Assembly: GCA_050949565.1 (NCBI GenBank)
Contig: JBMNFY010000017.1
Coordinates: 1,856,001 to 1,920,000 of the forward strand
Origin: Kiritimatiellia bacterium
GTDB taxonomy: Bacteria; Verrucomicrobiota; Kiritimatiellia; RFP12; UBA1067
Reading direction: 5' to 3'
Length of the DNA: 64,000 nucleotides
The notes below the pieces were generated by a model. That model did not search any database, was not told the origin of the DNA, and saw only the letters and a list, made by a program, of their open reading frames with translations. The position numbers and the translations under genes were made by a program. This document shows positions 31,573-45,420 of this stretch, piece by piece (the first letter of the stretch is position 1; each line of letters starts with the position of its first letter).

Positions 31573-33078
31573 ATGGCTGAGAAGAAGTTGTTCGCAGTGG
31601 ATTTGGGCGCGTCGGGCGGCAAATGTTTCATCGGGTTCTTTGGCGACGGCACGTTCCGCATGGAAGAGGTGCATCGCTTTGCGCACGAGGGGGTGTCCTT
31701 CTTCTTGCCGGACCGTACCGGCGCAGTAACGGAGCGCACCTATTGGGATGACACCGCGATTTACCAGAATATCGTCAAGGGCCTGCAAGCGGCGCGGCGC
31801 GCGTACGGCGATACGCTGGACGGCATCGGCATCGACACTTGGGGGGCGGACGGCCACTTGCTTACCCAGGACGGCGATCTGCTGGGCAAAGTCTATTGTT
31901 ACCGCGACCACCGGCTCGATACCATGTGCGACGAGGTCAAAGCGCGCATTGACGCCGAGAAGGTCTACGCCATCACCGGCAACCATTTCCAGCCGTTCAA
32001 CCAGTCTAACCAGCTTCTGTGGGTGGCCACACGTCGGCCGGAGCTGCTTAAACTCGCCAAGATCTATCTGCCGATCCCCGCGCTCTTTTACTACTACCTC
32101 GGCGGATGCACGGCGGTGGATTCGACCTTCGCGAGTGTCACGCAGATGATGGACGCCAAAAGGGGCAAGTGGAGCCGGGAGATCCTGAAGGCGCTGGGTA
32201 TCCCCAAGAAGTTGATGCCTGAGATCGTCAAGCCCGGTACGCGTGTCGGCACGCTGCAGCCCAAGTTGGCCGCTACCTGCGGTCTGAACGAGGTGCCTCT
32301 GATCGCGGTCGGCTCGCACGACACCGCCAGTGCCTTCGCCGCAGCGCCGGTTAAAAACACCAAAAAGGCGCTGATCATCAGTTCGGGTACGTGGTCGCTG
32401 GTCGGCAAGCTGATCAAGAAGCCCATCACCACGCCCGAGGCGATGGCGTACGGCCTGAGTAACGAAGGCGGTATTGGCAACACGCGTTTCCTGCGCAACT
32501 GCATGGGCACGTGGATCGTGCAGGAGTTGCTGCGCGTGTGGGAGATTGCGGACGGCAAGCGCATGGAGTGGAAAGAGGTGGACACCATCACGCCCGCCGC
32601 ACCGGCCTTCACGGCGTTTATCGATCCCGACGATCCGCGCTTCTACAACCCCGCCGACATGGAGCAGGCGATCCGTAGCTTCATCGCCGAGACCGGCCAG
32701 ACCGCACCGGCTGACCGCGGCACGGTGTTGCGCTGCGTCTACGAGAGTCTGGCGCTCAAATACCGTTACGTCAACGAGATGATCAACCGCGTCACCGGTA
32801 CCGAAACCACGGTCGTGCACATCGTGGGCGGCGGCAGCAACAACCCGCTGCTCAACCAGTTCACCGCCGATTCAGTCGGCGTGCCGGTCTTGGCCGGACC
32901 AAAAGAGGCGACCGCCATCGGCAACCTCATGGTGCAGGCGATCGGCGCCGGGATCATTCCGGATCTCAAGGCCGCGATGCCGCTGATCAAAAACGCTTTT
33001 CCGATCGCCACCTTCAAGCCGCAGGATACAGCGGCTTGGAACGCGGCGTACGAACGCTTTACAAAACTGCTGAAGTAA
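31573..33078 (+). CDS. rhaB: Rhamnulokinase, copy 2
   Basis: Translation identical to copy 1. Confidence 0.9.
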   Translation: MAEKKLFAVDLGASGGKCFIGFFGDGTFRMEEVHRFAHEGVSFFLPDRTGAVTERTYWDDTAIYQNIVKGLQAARRAYGDTLDGIGIDTWGADGHLLTQDGDLLGKVYCYRDHRLDTMCDEVKARIDAEKVYAITGNHFQPFNQSNQLLWVATRRPELLKLAKIYLPIPALFYYYLGGCTAVDSTFASVTQMMDAKRGKWSREILKALGIPKKLMPEIVKPGTRVGTLQPKLAATCGLNEVPLIAVGSHDTASAFAAAPVKNTKKALIISSGTWSLVGKLIKKPITTPEAMAYGLSNEGGIGNTRFLRNCMGTWIVQELLRVWEIADGKRMEWKEVDTITPAAPAFTAFIDPDDPRFYNPADMEQAIRSFIAETGQTAPADRGTVLRCVYESLALKYRYVNEMINRVTGTETTVVHIVGGGSNNPLLNQFTADSVGVPVLAGPKEATAIGNLMVQAIGAGIIPDLKAAMPLIKNAFPIATFKPQDTAAWNAAYERFTKLLK

Positions 33079-33093
33079 AAGGAATACCGCACG

Positions 33094-34086
33094 ATGATGT
33101 CGCGTCTTTCTCTCTCCGCCGGGCTGATTGCCTTGGCGGGCCTCGTATCTGCCCAAGGGCTGCTTTCAAACAAGAACCCCGCCGTGTTGCTTGATGGCGT
33201 GGCCGCCTACGTCAACTCCGAGATGATCACCATCGGCGAGGTGATGAGCGAGGTGCGGCGCAGTCCATGGGCTGACACCGCGCCGGAGCTGCGCGAAAAG
33301 CGGTTGCGCGAGTTGTATGCCGCCACGCTCAACGCGTTGATCGACCGCAAGTTGATTCTGGCCGCCGCGCAAAAATCGAAGATGGAACTGCAATCCTGGG
33401 CGGTGGACAACCGCATCCGCGAAATCGTGGCCAACAACTTCGACGGTGACCAGACCAAACTGCACGACCTGCTGGCGGACCGCAAGATCTCTTTCGAGGA
33501 GTGGAAGAAGAACATTGAGGAGGACTTGCTGATCACGGCCATGCGCTACCAGCAGGTTGAGAAGCGCGTAGCGCCGACGCCTTCGGAGATACGCGCGGAA
33601 TATGAGGCCAACAAGGGGCGCTACCAGACCGAGACCGCGACAGCCGTTAGCATGATTATCCTCGATCCGCCGGCACAGGAGGGTGACGAGAGTGTCGAGG
33701 TGCGTGCGGCCAAGATCGCGAAAGCGCTCAAGGAAGGCACCTCTTTCGCCTCGCTGGCCAAGACCTATTCGCGTGATGCTAAAGCGGCGGATGGCGGTTC
33801 GTGGGGTAAGGTCAATCCGGTAGATGTCTTTCGGCGCGAGATCGTCGAGGCACTGGATAAACTGAGTCCGGGCGAGACCTCACCGATGCTGGTGCTGGAC
33901 GGCTACGGCTACATCGTGCGCAAGGACGAACAGCAAGACGCGCGTGCGCTGACCTTCGAGGAGGCCGCGCCGTATGTCGAAAGTCACCTGCGCATGCGCC
34001 ATGCGGAAAAACTCTACAAGGAGTGGACCGACCGCCTGCGTACCGAGTCCTACATCAAGATATTCGAGCTGCCGACCGGAAAGTGA
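33094..34086 (+). CDS. SurA/PrsA-like periplasmic chaperone with parvulin PPIase domain
   Basis: Signal peptide; DGVAAYVNSEMIT (SurA N); FASLAKTYSRD..AADGGSWG and LSPGETSP (rotamase); lies upstream of rsmA as in the classic surA-rsmA context. Confidence 0.85.
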   Translation: MMSRLSLSAGLIALAGLVSAQGLLSNKNPAVLLDGVAAYVNSEMITIGEVMSEVRRSPWADTAPELREKRLRELYAATLNALIDRKLILAAAQKSKMELQSWAVDNRIREIVANNFDGDQTKLHDLLADRKISFEEWKKNIEEDLLITAMRYQQVEKRVAPTPSEIRAEYEANKGRYQTETATAVSMIILDPPAQEGDESVEVRAAKIAKALKEGTSFASLAKTYSRDAKAADGGSWGKVNPVDVFRREIVEALDKLSPGETSPMLVLDGYGYIVRKDEQQDARALTFEEAAPYVESHLRMRHAEKLYKEWTDRLRTESYIKIFELPTGK

Positions 34087-34093
34087 GGCCCGC

Positions 34094-34996
34094 TTGAATC
34101 TCACCTCGCCCTCACAGGTCAAGGCTTGGTGCATTGAGAATGGGTTCCATCCGAACCGGACCCTCGGGCAGAACTTTCTCATCGACCGCAACATTCTGGA
34201 GGTGATCCTCGACACAGCCGGTGTAGCGGCGGGCCAGCGTGTGCTGGAAGTGGGGCCGGGGCTGGGTGTGCTCACCGAGGGAATGCTGGCGCGTGGTGCG
34301 CGCGTGACGGCGATTGAGAAGGATGCCCGGCTCGCCGCACGGTTGGCCGGGGCACTGGGCGATCCGGAGGGGCTTGAGGTGATCGAGGCGGACGCCCTGC
34401 AACTTGATCTGGACACGCTACTAGGTGGTGGTTTTGATGCTTTCGTTTCGAACCTGCCGTATTCGGTCGGCACCCGCATTCTGCTGGACGTAGCACTGCA
34501 CCGTTGCGCACCGCCTACCTTTACCGTGCTGGTGCAGGCCGAGGTGGCCGAACGCTTCGCCGCGCCGCCTTCGACCGCCGCGCGCGGCCAGGCCGGGGTC
34601 TGGCTTCAGCTTGATTACGACGTGCGTCTGGTGCGCACCGTCAAGGCCTCCTGTTTCTGGCCGCGTCCCGAAGTCGGTTCGATGATTGTGCGCCTAGACC
34701 GTCGCGGTAGCGACCTGACGCCGCAGGAGCGGGACGCGTTCTTCGCCCTTACGCGCTACGCGTTCACGTACCGCCGCAAGCAGTTTGCTTCAGTGCTACG
34801 TAAAGCGCCCGCGCCGCTGGGACGTGACGACGCAACGCTGACGGCACTTTTCGCTGCCGCCGACATCGCGCCGACCGCCCGTGCCGAAGAACTTACGAAT
34901 AACCAATGGCAGGCTCTGGCCCGCAGGTTCGCGGGAGCAGAGAGCCGGGAAAGTCGGGAGCGCGGGCGTCCCCGCCCGCAACAACGCGTCACGTAA
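34094..34996 (+). CDS. rsmA: 16S rRNA m6,2A dimethyltransferase RsmA/KsgA
   Basis: LGQNFLID, VLEVGPGLGVLT, AIEKD, VSNLPY, VQAEVAER, FWPRPEV, RRKQ and RAEEL; probable TTG start at 34094. Confidence 0.93.
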   Translation: MNLTSPSQVKAWCIENGFHPNRTLGQNFLIDRNILEVILDTAGVAAGQRVLEVGPGLGVLTEGMLARGARVTAIEKDARLAARLAGALGDPEGLEVIEADALQLDLDTLLGGGFDAFVSNLPYSVGTRILLDVALHRCAPPTFTVLVQAEVAERFAAPPSTAARGQAGVWLQLDYDVRLVRTVKASCFWPRPEVGSMIVRLDRRGSDLTPQERDAFFALTRYAFTYRRKQFASVLRKAPAPLGRDDATLTALFAAADIAPTARAEELTNNQWQALARRFAGAESRESRERGRPRPQQRVT

Positions 34997-35309
34997 AAGT
35001 CTGGCGTGCGTGTTTGCTCGGTTTTTTTGTTTTTGACATGATTAACATGATTAACATGATTTGGAGGGCGAGTGTCCCCACGAGCCGCCTTCCGCTGTGC
35101 GGAAGGATGGTTTCAGGGTTCAGTGCTGAGCATCGGGAGGGACGAGCGTCTGCTCGTCCGCGGGCAAGCAGACGCTTGCCCCTCCCGGCAGCGGCGGTCA
35201 CGCCGCATCCGTCAAAACCTCTGCGTCTCTGCGTCTCTGCGTTAAAAAACTCTCAACGCTCAACTTTCAACTCTCAACGTTCTGCGGGCGGGGACGGCTC
35301 GCGCTCCCG
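34933..35309. repeat. Nested REP/short-tandem-repeat cassette
   Basis: Outer REP gggagcgcgggcgtccccgcccgc (~34956) with inverted partner at ~35285-35308. Inside: (ACATGATTA) 9-mer x3, REP ggagggcgagtgtccccacgagcc, the 55-bp doublet 35135-35189, (CTCTGCGT)x3 and a TCAAC-type heptamer tract. Confidence 0.85.
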
Positions 35310-35394
35310 ACTGCGCATACGCAAACCATGCGCTAAACTCCGCATCCCCCTGTTACTAGCTGACTACGATTGACACGATTGATTGATGAGGGAA

Positions 35395-37651
35395 ATGATC
35401 ATGAACTCACGCCCGAATGTTTCAAAGCCCGCAATCGCCATTTCAGGGTTGGGGGCGGTTACGCCCTTTGGTAGTGGTGTCAACGCCCTTTGGCAAGCCC
35501 TGTTGCGGGGTGACTCCGCGATCTCCGACATGGATCTCTTCGATCTGGGCGGCATTGCCTGTACGCGCGGTGGCGTGATTCGCAACTACACACCGCCTGC
35601 CGGTGTGGCGAGCACGCCACGTGCCTCCAGCTTTGCGGCCGGTGCCTGCCACGAAGCGCTCGCCCAGGCACGGTTGCTGGATGATCCCGCAGCGCTTGCC
35701 GAGACCGCCTTGATCACGGCATCGAATTTCGGCGATATCGACGCCGGCGAGCCCGCGCTTATTCCGCCCGGCCAAGAGGGGCGGCAACCCGCCGCTGGCA
35801 TCCACTGTGCGCACGCATCGCCTGCTGACAGGCTGGCCGAGACCTTCGGACTTGGCGGGTTGCGTATCGCGATTTCGCTTTCTTGCGCCTCCGGTGCCTC
35901 CGCCGCTGCCACCGCTGCGAATTTGATTGCGGCGGGTCGTGTAAAGCGGGTTTTGATCGTCGGCTACGATGCCCTCTCGCGTTTCTCGTGGAGTGGCCTC
36001 TGTTCGTTGCGCACCATGACCAAAGAGGTCGTGCGGCCCTTCGATGCCGCGCGTAGCGGCACCATCTTTTCGGAAGGCGCGGCCGCTTTGGTGATTGAGC
36101 GGGCCGATCTCTGCGCCGCGCGCGGCGCGACAGCGCTCGCGTGGCTGCGCGGCTGGGCGTCCGGCAACAACGGCCACCACATGACCGCTCCCGCGCCGCG
36201 CGGTGCGGGGTCGACTGCCGTCATGCGCGAAGCTCTGGTCTGCGCGGGTCTCCCGCCGGAAGCTGTCGACCACATCAACACACACGGCACCGGTACGAAG
36301 CCCAACGACAGCACGGAAACGCAGGCCATCCAAGACCTGTTCGGCGAACGCGTCGCCACCATTCCCGTGACCTCGGTCAAAGGTCTGTTGGGGCACATGT
36401 TGGGCGCGGCCGGATCGGTCGAGTTGATCGTCTCGGTGCTGTCGCTGCAACAGGGTGTTATTCCGCCGACCGGCAATCTCACCACGCCAGACCCCGAATG
36501 CGCGCTTGATGTTGTGACCTCACCGCGCAATGCCGCGCTTCACTGTGTACTCTCGAACTCGGCCGGTTTCGGCGGTTGCAATGCTGCCGCAGTTCTGACG
36601 TGCGACGCGCCCGAACCGCCTTGCGTCGCTCCGGGCGCAGCGGCGACCGTCCCTGTTTTGATTACCGGTCTGGGTGTCATCAGTGCGTTGGGTGCTGATG
36701 CCGAAGAGCACAGCGCGGCCCTTCAGGAGGGAGAGCCCGCCCTCTTTCCGCTGGCACGCTTCACGGTGCCGGAAGCCGCCGAGCCGCCGCTGGTCGGCGA
36801 GGCGCCCGATCTGGACCTCGACGCGTGCGGCGTCGCGCCCAAGGCGTATCTCGACCGCGCGAGCCAGCTTTTTTTGGCGGCGTGCGGCATGGCATTCCAG
36901 ACATCCGGGCTCGACGCCGCTGCGCTCTCCGCGCTGAACGTCGGCATCATGGGCGGAACGGCTTGGGGGTGCCCGTCAACGAGCCGAACTGTTTTTTGCC
37001 GACTTCATCCTCAAAGGCCCGCGTCTGGTCAAGCCGTTCCTCTTCCCGCACGCCTACGCCAATACCGCTGTCAGTCTGGCCGCGATGGAGTGGGCGCTGA
37101 AGGGCCCGCACGAGAACGCGGTGACGCGCGCGACCGCATCAGGCGTGGCGCTGATCGAAGCGTTTGACCTGCTCCGCAACGGGCGGACAGAGGTGATCGC
37201 CGTCTGCGGCGCGGACGCACTCTCCGGTGTCGCTCTGAACGTGCGCACCGCAGCCGGCGATCCGGCACCGATAGGCGAAGCCGCCGCCGCGCTGGTTCTC
37301 GAACACGCCGACACCGCCGAGGCGCGCGGCGCCCGTCCACTCGGTCAACTGCTAGGCTGCGGTCTTGCGCCGACGGCCGATGAGGCGCTCCAGACGGCGT
37401 TGACCCAAGCGGGGCAGACGCCGGACACATTGCACACCGTTTATGTCAACACCGCCGCCCGCGACGCGGCGGCGCGGCTCCTGCCCGGCCTGTCCATCGA
37501 AGAACCGGCGCTCCTGTGCGGCGATGTCCAAGGTGCGACCTCAGCCCTGCATCTGGTTCTCGCGCTATTGGCCCGGCCAACGAAGCCCGTGCTCGTCCTC
37601 ACAGCCGAACCCGGCGCATGCGTTGCGCTGATCGCATCGTGCGCGGCTTAA
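35395..37651 (+). CDS. FabF-like ketosynthase fused to a second, Cys-less ketosynthase (chain-length-factor-like) domain; frameshift near 36980
   Basis: Domain 1 has SLSCASG, HINTHGTGT and LLGHMLGAAG (Cys-His-His). Domain 2 starts VLITGLGVISALG and, after a +1 shift, continues AELFFADFILKGPRLVKPFLFPHAYANTAVSLAAMEW..GPHENAVTRATASG with no catalytic Cys. Confidence 0.8.
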
Positions 37652-37724
37652 TGTCAGGCTTTGGCATCGGGTTTCAGAAGGGCAGAACTGAACGTTCTGT
37701 CGTGTTCTACGGTGGTGATAGGTA

Positions 37725-38169
37725 ATGATGCGCTTTCGTATAAAACCAGTCTTGATAGTCGCAGGCGCTATGGCGGCATCCCTTGTGGCGTTGTTCTCTC
37801 TGATCTCCTGCATTGAGTGGGCGTACATAAAATGGGAAGAGACTTTTGACATAGAGTTTGACTTAAATTTATGGAATCAAGGTAGCCGCGAACGACTGTA
37901 CTCTGAATTTGCAACACAGATTGACGCTCCTCGCTCCTCGCATCAAAATGTGTCGCGACATCATCGCGAAAAAACTTTTGCTGGGAAAGACAAAAGCAGA
38001 GATCGTTGATCTGCTCGGCCAACCAGACAATTATCCATTCAGAGAACCTTGGGGATTCAATTATTGGGTCGGTCTACAAAGGGGACCAATGAAAATGGAC
38101 TCTGCATGGTTGGCAATAAGGTTTGATGACACACATCATGCCGTTGAAGTTAAAATGAAACAAGACTGA
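37725..38169 (+). pseudogene. Low-GC small membrane-anchored protein (SmpA/OmlA-like core) frameshifted by a 7-bp duplication
   Basis: LLGKTKAEIVDLLGQPD motif. Removing one CGCTCCT of the tandem at 37925-37938 joins ORFs 37725..38009 and 37909..38169 (..QIDAPRIKMCRD..). Confidence 0.7.
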
Positions 38170-38187
38170 GAACGCCCAGCACACGGT

Positions 38188-42220
<4,033 letters not shown>

Positions 42221-42270
42221 GGGGACAAGCTTAGCACGACGGTGCGCTCTGCGCGAGACGAAACGTTTAC

Positions 42271-42560
42271 CCCTAAAAAGAGCAGTTGAACTTTCAACTC
42301 TCTTTGGTTTCTGGTTTCTGGTTTCAAGGTTTCATCCAAATCGGGATCGCTATCGGGATCGCTATCGGGATCGATTGTTTAACCACGGAACACACGGAAC
42401 ACACGGAAAGGCATGGCTCTGTTTCCGTGTGGTCAGTGTGTTCCGTGGTTCCAATCAGAAATTGCGTTCTACACCAAATAGGTGCGGCGCGGATCTCAAT
42501 GGAAGCCAATGTTTACAGGCCTTTGCTCAAAATCCGCACGCTCAACTGCCGTTTTTAGGT
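42271..42560. mobile_element. MITE copy 2 (TIR CCTAAAAAGAGCAGTTGA) with TTAC target duplication
   Basis: Near-identical to 13852-14136; flanked by TTAC at 42267-42270 and 42561-42564. Confidence 0.85.
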
Positions 42561-42618
42561 TTACTGGTTTTCTGGCTGGATCCCAGTAACCGTCTAAATA
42601 CCTGTCCCTCTGTTATCC

Positions 42619-42653
42619 AAAAAACTCCTGCCGCGCACCGCACGGCAGGAGTT
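42619..42653 (-). terminator. Rho-independent terminator downstream of the lpoB operon
   Basis: Minus strand AACTCCTGCCG-tgcggtgcg-CGGCAGGAGTT continuing into a T run. Confidence 0.7.
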
Positions 42654-42667
42654 CACTTATTACCTCT

Positions 42668-42768
42668 GGGGGTCTTGCAAAACCCCTTGCCTACAGGCGT
42701 GGCACGGGCATCTTGCCCGTGTTTCATGGGCGGGACGCCCATGCCACGAGAGGTTTTGCAAGATCCTT
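42668..42768. mobile_element. 101-bp MITE (TCTTGCAAAACC-type TIR) carrying a GTGG-footed REP doublet; CTCT target duplication
   Basis: TIRs gggggtcttgcaaaacc/ggttttgcaagatcctt; core gtggcacgggcatcttgcccgtg-ttt-catgggcgggacgcccatgccac. Removing the element plus one CTCT restores a regular (TACTTATTACCTCT)n tract. Inverted copy at 53618-53718. Confidence 0.85.
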
Positions 42769-42794
42769 CTCTTACTTATTACCTCTTACTTTGC

Positions 42795-43397
42795 TCAAAA
42801 TCCGACGCGCGGCCTGACGCTCTCTTTGCGGATCTCTTGTTCATCCGCCCAGACCAACTCGCCGGAGCGCAAGTCTTTGAGCGTCATCGAGAACTTGTAG
42901 TACTGGTCCACTGTGCGTCCGACTTGCGTCTTGATTTCGCTTAGGGCACCGGTTAGATACATCTGCGCCGCACTCTGCTGGCCCGGCCTGATGGCTTTTT
43001 TCTGATCGGTCAGACCAAGGTTGGCTTGGGCGTCCATGAACTCGATGTCCGTGCCGGAGGTCGACTTATCGACGAACCGGAACATGCCGGAACGCAGTAA
43101 CTGCATGCGCAGCGAATCGGTGATACTCACCATATCAACATGCTGCGTCGTGCGGTTCTTGAGCGGCTCGACATCCAGCACCGGCCGTGTGCCGCCGACC
43201 GCCTCGCGCACGCCCGGCGCGCTCAACAGCGATTCCGCCATCTTCTCCACCGTGCGCCGCACGTCCTGCGGTTCCAGCTTGGAGGTGATCGGCGCGCGGT
43301 CGAGTTCCACTTCGCGTACTCGCGGCGTACTCGCGCACCCGGTTAACCACAGGGCTGCAACAGCCACGCCCGTCATCATCCACAATGTCTGTTTCAT
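42795..43397 (-). CDS. lpoB: Penicillin-binding protein activator LpoB-like lipoprotein (COG3417)
   Basis: Lipobox LTGC; LKNRTTQHVD..ITDSLR..LLRSGMFRFVD; YYKFSMTLKDLRSGELVWADEQEIRK. Confidence 0.8.
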   Translation of the reverse strand: MKQTLWMMTGVAVAALWLTGCASTPRVREVELDRAPITSKLEPQDVRRTVEKMAESLLSAPGVREAVGGTRPVLDVEPLKNRTTQHVDMVSITDSLRMQLLRSGMFRFVDKSTSGTDIEFMDAQANLGLTDQKKAIRPGQQSAAQMYLTGALSEIKTQVGRTVDQYYKFSMTLKDLRSGELVWADEQEIRKESVRPRVGF

Positions 43398-43422
43398 CTC
43401 TTCCCTCTCTTTCGTTTTACAA

Positions 43423-43847
43423 TCAGTCTGCCGCTTCCAGATCCCGCACGCGCAGCTTCGAGGTCACGCACGCCGGGGAGTTCGCCACGCCGGTCACCGT
43501 GACTGTGTCGCGTCCTTCCAGAATCAGGTTGCGATAGGTCTTGGTCGCAGGGTCGATCTCCATACCGTTGATGTCGAACCACGCGATCCGGTAATTAAGC
43601 CGCAGCCGACGGTGTCTGGCTGACTGGAGCGTGATGTGGACGCGCTTGAGTCCGTTCACCTCATCATAGTTCACCTTGAGGACTTGGAGTTGATCCCGCA
43701 GCCGGGTGCTGTCCTCCAGTACCAGCGACGTGCCGGCCATGTGATCGGTCAGTCACCGAGGTGCCCGGCAGTCTCGACGCAGCCGGTCAGCGTAACCAGC
43801 GCGGCCGTCAGCAGGACGGCGCCGGCGAGAGTGGTCATACGTTTCAT
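43423..43847 (-). CDS. YcfL/DUF1425-like lipoprotein, frameshifted near 43750-43770
   Basis: ATG 43847 gives MKRMTTLAGAVLLTAALVTLTGC (lipobox). After a net +2 shift it joins ORF 43423..43740 with LNYRIAWFDINGMEI. Lies between COG3014 and lpoB. Confidence 0.75.
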
Positions 43848-43863
43848 AATGTCTCCTTTCTTA

Positions 43864-45396
43864 TCAGGGATGTGTGCCTACATGATACAATGTTTTCGGT
43901 CCGCCCGGAAGCGTGACCGGTGGAAAACCGGCTTGCAGGCTACCGCAGACGTGATAGTCGGTCGGCGCGCCCTTGCCGTTCAGCGAGGTCGTCGCGATAC
44001 GGGAGTTGCCGCCCAAGTCCGCCACCCACACCAGACGGGTTTCGCCTTCCGCCACCTTGACGGGGAAACGCGTGACAAAACCGTTTGTCTGGTTGCGTAG
44101 CTCAATCGTGTGTTCTCCTGGCTGGCATGCGCCACGGTAGAGATGAGCCACTGTCGGCAGCGTATACCACGCGCGCGTATCGGCCTTGTTGATCGCCGTG
44201 GCTACCGCCGTTGCCAGAAAGACCGCAGCCTGAACGCCATCGTTGCCGGCATTACGCGCAGCTTCCTGCGCGACGATACGCGTCGTCGCACGTGTGACGT
44301 TGCGCACCACGACGCCGGGCATCTTCTCTTTGAGATCGCGGTACGCCAGCGACTGGACCGAGAGCGCCAATGCACTCAAGCCACACGAGCGTCCGTTCTC
44401 CATAACCTCAACTGCCATCGGTATGTGGGCCGGATCCTGATAGAACGGGAAGTCCACCGAGACCACCGCCGATCCGATCGGCAGCGGCACTTTCATCGAG
44501 TGTCGTTGCGGCACAAAGCCCTCCTCCACGATCACAACCAATTCGGTGGGCGCACGCGCCAACGCGGCGGCATCGGTGCCGGCCTGCGCCGCTAACGTCT
44601 TGAACGCCTCGAAATCCTGTGTTCGCAGTGTCCGCAGAAAATCCTTCTGGACATACGGGTTGCCGGGGATCAGTTCCCACGCCTTGCGGTAGGCGAGCGC
44701 GGCGTTGGCTTGGTCCTTGTCCTCCTCGAGCAGGAGGCCGGAGAGGTACCACGCCAGGCCGTTCTCATACGAGCTGCGCGTCATCTCGATCACCGGTGCC
44801 ATTTCCTGCATACGGCCCTCGACCACGCCCATGCTGTTGGCAGACTGACCGGAAGCCGCCTGCACCCGCGCCTCCTCAACCTCCTTGCCGTACTTCTCGG
44901 CAATCTGGTCCTGCGCGAAAACCGCACGCCGCGCTTCGACCGTGGCCGCATCGCGTTGCCCGAGGAACAGGTGGTTGAGCATCTGATACTGGAGCGCGTG
45001 GATAAACTCATAAGCCGGCAGGTGGTACGGACGTGTGCGATCATCCGTAATCGTACCGGCCATCACCGTTGCACCAGCATCACCCAACTTGAATACAGGG
45101 CCGCTTTCGGTCTCCTCGATCACGGTGTCGATCGCTGCGGCGAAGTTGGTTGAGCTCCCCAGAAAATCGCCCGAGAGCATCCGCACGCGCCCCGTCTCGA
45201 CAAACCCCAGTTCCCGGCTGTAGGTGCTATGCTTGAGCTTCTCAGACCATGCCAGCGCGACGGGGTCGTTACCCGCGCGCAGACCGGAGCGCGCCCGGTC
45301 CACGCCGGGGTTGGTCGAGACACAACCGACCGTCGCGAGCAACGCAACCAAGCAGAACCCGAGCCACATATAGTCGGTTGAGCGTTGAGCGTTCAC
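43864..45396 (-). CDS. COG3014-family lipoprotein
   Basis: Lipobox TVGC; ETGRVRML.GDF..S, RPYHLPAYE, ATVEARRA, YENGLAWYLSG, EEGFVP and KADTRAWYTLP. Confidence 0.8.
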   Translation of the reverse strand: MNAQRSTDYMWLGFCLVALLATVGCVSTNPGVDRARSGLRAGNDPVALAWSEKLKHSTYSRELGFVETGRVRMLSGDFLGSSTNFAAAIDTVIEETESGPVFKLGDAGATVMAGTITDDRTRPYHLPAYEFIHALQYQMLNHLFLGQRDAATVEARRAVFAQDQIAEKYGKEVEEARVQAASGQSANSMGVVEGRMQEMAPVIEMTRSSYENGLAWYLSGLLLEEDKDQANAALAYRKAWELIPGNPYVQKDFLRTLRTQDFEAFKTLAAQAGTDAAALARAPTELVVIVEEGFVPQRHSMKVPLPIGSAVVSVDFPFYQDPAHIPMAVEVMENGRSCGLSALALSVQSLAYRDLKEKMPGVVVRNVTRATTRIVAQEAARNAGNDGVQAAVFLATAVATAINKADTRAWYTLPTVAHLYRGACQPGEHTIELRNQTNGFVTRFPVKVAEGETRLVWVADLGGNSRIATTSLNGKGAPTDYHVCGSLQAGFPPVTLPGGPKTLYHVGTHP

Positions 45397-45420
45397 GTTG
45401 ACCCCTCTTGGGTGTAGGCG

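Larger units (their letters stand above)
27553..33546 (+). repeat. Direct tandem duplication, 2 x 2997 bp (27553-30549 and 30550-33546)
   Basis: All ORFs in the region recur at an offset of exactly 2997. Junction reads gccatgcgc|aagatggaa. No differences were seen by eye between the copies. Confidence 0.95.
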
